Source: an uncultured bacterium
Lineage (GTDB): Bacteria; Auribacterota; Erginobacteria; Erginobacterales; Erginobacteraceae
Assembly: GCA_963822585.1 (NCBI GenBank)
Contig: CAWGIE010000026.1
Span: 192,001-256,000, forward strand
Direction of reading: 5' to 3'
DNA: 64,000 nucleotides
In this document: positions 61,611-64,000 of the stretch, piece by piece
Layout of the letters: every line of letters begins with the position of its first letter
Position numbering within the stretch: the stretch's first letter is position 1
Notes under the pieces: generated by a model
Told to the model about the DNA's origin: nothing
The model's database searches: none
Seen by the model: the letters and a program-made list of their open reading frames with translations, nothing else
Translations under genes and position numbers: made by a program

Positions 61611-62426
61611 ATGACTAAACGATCCGGGATAATAACGCTGCTGACGGATTTCGGGGATACGGACTGGTTCGTGGGGAGCATGAAGGGGGTCATTGCCGGC
61701 ATCTGCCCCCGAGCGCGAACCATCGATATCACCCACCAGGTTCCCCCGGGAGATATCCGGAGGGGAGCGCTGGCACTGAAATGCTCCTTTCGGTATTTCC
61801 CCCGGGGTACTGTTCACCTGGCGGTGGTGGATCCCGGCGTGGGATCATCCCGGGCGGTTCTCGCGGCCCGGGGAGGAGATCATCTGTTCGTGGCGCCGGA
61901 TAACGGTCTTCTCAGCTATGTTTTGCCCGCGCTGGCGGATCCGGCCGTCTTCAGCGCCGTTAACGCGCCATTTTTCCGAGCGGAAGTGAGCGACACCTTC
62001 CATGGCCGGGATATCTTCGCTCCCCTGGCCGCCCACCTGGCCGGCGGACTGGAGATCGACCGGGTCGGTCCGCGATGGCCCGCGCCGGTCATGCTGCCTC
62101 CCCCTTTCCTGCACAGGGAAGGGGAGAATCGGTGGGCGGCCGAAATAATCGGTATCGACCGGTTCGGAAATTGTATCACTTCTCTTTTTCAGGAAAATGC
62201 TGAGGTGGTAACAGATTCCGGGAAGATGACGCGGATTATCCTCGCCGCGGGGAAAAAGCGATATTCCTTGCCACTGATGACCGCCTACAACTCGGTGCCC
62301 GCTGGAAGTCGCCTGGCGGTCTGGGGGAGCTGCGGCTTTTTGGAACTGGCGGCAAACGGAGAGAACGCCGGCCGGGATCTCGGTCTTAAAACCGGCGACA
62401 GGGTAGTTATTGACTTCACTAATTAA
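61611..62426 (+). CDS. SAM hydroxide adenosyltransferase / chlorinase-fluorinase (DUF62) family protein
   Basis: ITLLTDFG, DITH, VVDPGVGS.R, APDNGLL, TFHGRDIFAP, IDRFGN. Confidence 0.92.
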   Translation: MTKRSGIITLLTDFGDTDWFVGSMKGVIAGICPRARTIDITHQVPPGDIRRGALALKCSFRYFPRGTVHLAVVDPGVGSSRAVLAARGGDHLFVAPDNGLLSYVLPALADPAVFSAVNAPFFRAEVSDTFHGRDIFAPLAAHLAGGLEIDRVGPRWPAPVMLPPPFLHREGENRWAAEIIGIDRFGNCITSLFQENAEVVTDSGKMTRIILAAGKKRYSLPLMTAYNSVPAGSRLAVWGSCGFLELAANGENAGRDLGLKTGDRVVIDFTN

Positions 62427-62475
62427 TATGTGCCCGGGGGAGGAGCAGGGAAAGATGTTTTGAGAATAGAACCGC

Positions 62476-62570
62476 TGGAGTAATGGAGTGCTGGAGTGAT
62501 GGGGGCTCGGAAGGCGAAATGCCGCCCAGCCGGATCTCAACACTCCATCACTCCAACACTCCATCACTCC
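62476..62570. repeat. Inverted tandem-repeat element, family C
   Basis: TGGAGTAATGGAGTGCTGGAGTGATGG faces CAACACTCCATCACTCCAACACTCCATCACTCC. Confidence 0.85.
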
Positions 62571-62637
62571 TTTCTTCTCTCCGATAACTGCGGCTTTTCA
62601 GATGATAATAAACCCTTACCATTTTCCGGAGTGACGC

Positions 62638-63501
62638 ATGGGCGACGTTCGAGTAGGTGTAGCCGGTTGGTCCTACCAGGACTGGAAAGGGGTTGTTTAC
62701 CCGGCGGGAGCCGGAAATCGTTTCGACCAGCTTTCTTTCCTGGCCGACTACTTCGATACCATCGAGGTTAATGTCACTTTCTATCGCATCCCCCAGGCTC
62801 GCCATAGTCTGAGCTGGCTCAAGAGGACCTCTCGCAACCCGGATTTCCGATTCAGCGTCAAGCTGTACCGGCTTTTCACTCACGAACGGGATCAGCTCAC
62901 CTCATCCGATATTCTCCAGTGGCAAGAAGGCATCAGACCTCTCCAGGAAGAGGGAAAACTGGGCGCCGTGCTGGCGCAGTTCCCCTATTCTTTTCATAAC
63001 ACCGAACCCAATCGACAATATCTGGGTCGGCTGACGGAACAGCTCCCGGATTCCCCGTTAATCATCGAGGTCCGGCACCGTTCCTGGGACAGCCCGGAAG
63101 TATTCCGTTTCCTGCTCGATCGGGGGCTCGGTTTCTGCAACATAGATCAGCCCCGGGTATCTTTTTCCTTGCCGCCGCTGAGCCGGGCGACTGCTCCGGT
63201 GGGATACGTCAGGCTTCACGGGCGCAATGTCCGGGACTGGTTCCGGAAGAACGCGGGCCGGGATGCCCGCTACAACTATCTCTATTCCGAGAGCGAGTTG
63301 GCCGATTGGCTGAAGAGAATAAAAGAGGTGGCTGAAAATACCCGCGATCTGTATGTTATAACCAACAATCATTACCGGGGACAGGCTGTCTGTAACGCGC
63401 TGCAGCTCAAAGCGGGGATCGAAGAGCGGCGCGTACCTGTTCCTCCCTTGATGATGGGGGAATATCCGCAGCTGAAAAAGATCGGGAAAATACGTCCGTG
63501 A
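62638..63501 (+). CDS. DUF72 family protein
   Basis: GVAGWSY..W, EVNVTFY, QFPYSF, EVRH.SW, YVRLHGRN, YNYLYS, NNH. Confidence 0.9.
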   Translation: MGDVRVGVAGWSYQDWKGVVYPAGAGNRFDQLSFLADYFDTIEVNVTFYRIPQARHSLSWLKRTSRNPDFRFSVKLYRLFTHERDQLTSSDILQWQEGIRPLQEEGKLGAVLAQFPYSFHNTEPNRQYLGRLTEQLPDSPLIIEVRHRSWDSPEVFRFLLDRGLGFCNIDQPRVSFSLPPLSRATAPVGYVRLHGRNVRDWFRKNAGRDARYNYLYSESELADWLKRIKEVAENTRDLYVITNNHYRGQAVCNALQLKAGIEERRVPVPPLMMGEYPQLKKIGKIRP

Positions 63502-63854
63502 AAACCATCGCCATCATCCTCTCCGGGATAGGGATATTCCTCTTTGCCGGGTGTGCCGACACCAATCGGCCGGATTGCCGGATCCTCCTGGAATCTGAAC
63601 CGTCCCCGGCCGAAATCTGGGAAGATGATTATTTTGTCGGTGTGACCCCGAGCACGCTCCGTTATACAATCACCACGGAGGACGCGGACCGGGGCTATCT
63701 CGCTCTTCCTCCTTTTACAATCAGGAAGGAGGGATATAAACCCTATCCCCTGCAGATAAAAGTGGACCTGGAAGAGGGGTATGACTGGGGAGGACTGGTA
63801 GTGCTTGAAAAGGAGGAAGAAGAGACCGGAGATACCGCTCCTGATCATCCGTAA
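63498..63854 (+). CDS. Small lipoprotein, PEGA-like
   Basis: Lipobox FAGC, SEPSPAEI...VGVTP, RKEGY. Confidence 0.6.
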   Translation: MKTIAIILSGIGIFLFAGCADTNRPDCRILLESEPSPAEIWEDDYFVGVTPSTLRYTITTEDADRGYLALPPFTIRKEGYKPYPLQIKVDLEEGYDWGGLVVLEKEEEETGDTAPDHP

Positions 63855-63946
63855 ACCGATTCACGCTTGTCCGCTTTAGGCGGCCAAACACAGATCGGAT
63901 TGGTTTTGAACGAGGGTTAAAATCAAATTTTTCGGAGAAAATTTAA

Positions 63947-64000
63947 ATGAAAAAAATTGCTTTCATCGGCGCCGGAAATATGGGGGAAGCGCTGATCCGG
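63947..64000 (+). CDS. proC: Pyrroline-5-carboxylate reductase (N-terminus; runs off the window)
   Basis: MKKIAFIGAGNMGEALIR, a Rossmann-fold N-terminus typical of ProC. Confidence 0.75.
   Translation, partial: MKKIAFIGAGNMGEALIR

Overview
GC-rich bacterial chromosome segment, probably from an anaerobe. A PVC-like affiliation is only a weak inference. Bases 1-21.4 kb are a co-oriented housekeeping run: rplT, pheST, rarA, 5-FTHF cyclo-ligase, rny, ymdB-like, xseAB, dxs, tlyA, nadK, a four-subunit 2-oxoacid:ferredoxin oxidoreductase, gltX, pgsA-like and der. Bases 21.8-31.7 kb hold mixed metabolic and envelope genes, including a COG1665-like nucleotidyltransferase and a Met-rich pentapeptide-repeat protein. 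Bases 32.4-38.1 kb are an arsR/permease/thioredoxin/ccdA/acr3 arsenic-redox cluster with no arsC. Next come a PemK/MazF toxin-antitoxin pair, a GIY-YIG nuclease, and an anti-sigma kinase-GNAT plus M23 pair behind a predicted structured leader. An ~8.1 kb integrase-less island sits at the tmRNA 3' end, bounded by a 23-bp att duplication (42871-42893 / 51038-51060). It carries a frameshift-riddled IetAS-like ATPase/subtilase pair, DUF2321, an inverted-repeat-flanked DUF2971, a TM-TPR gene and a self-contained promoter-RBS-8-codon-terminator micro-unit. The window ends with nucleotidase, amidase, fmt, rsmB, ridA and proC genes. The most striking unexplained pattern is intergenic. About 18 loci carry short tandem arrays (7-9 bp units, six families), most facing their own inverted copy. 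There are also nested mini-hairpins, an identical 29-bp palindrome in three copies, and C-GGA-G triloop hairpins abutting the start codons of several core genes. All family assignments come from motif recognition, not database searches.
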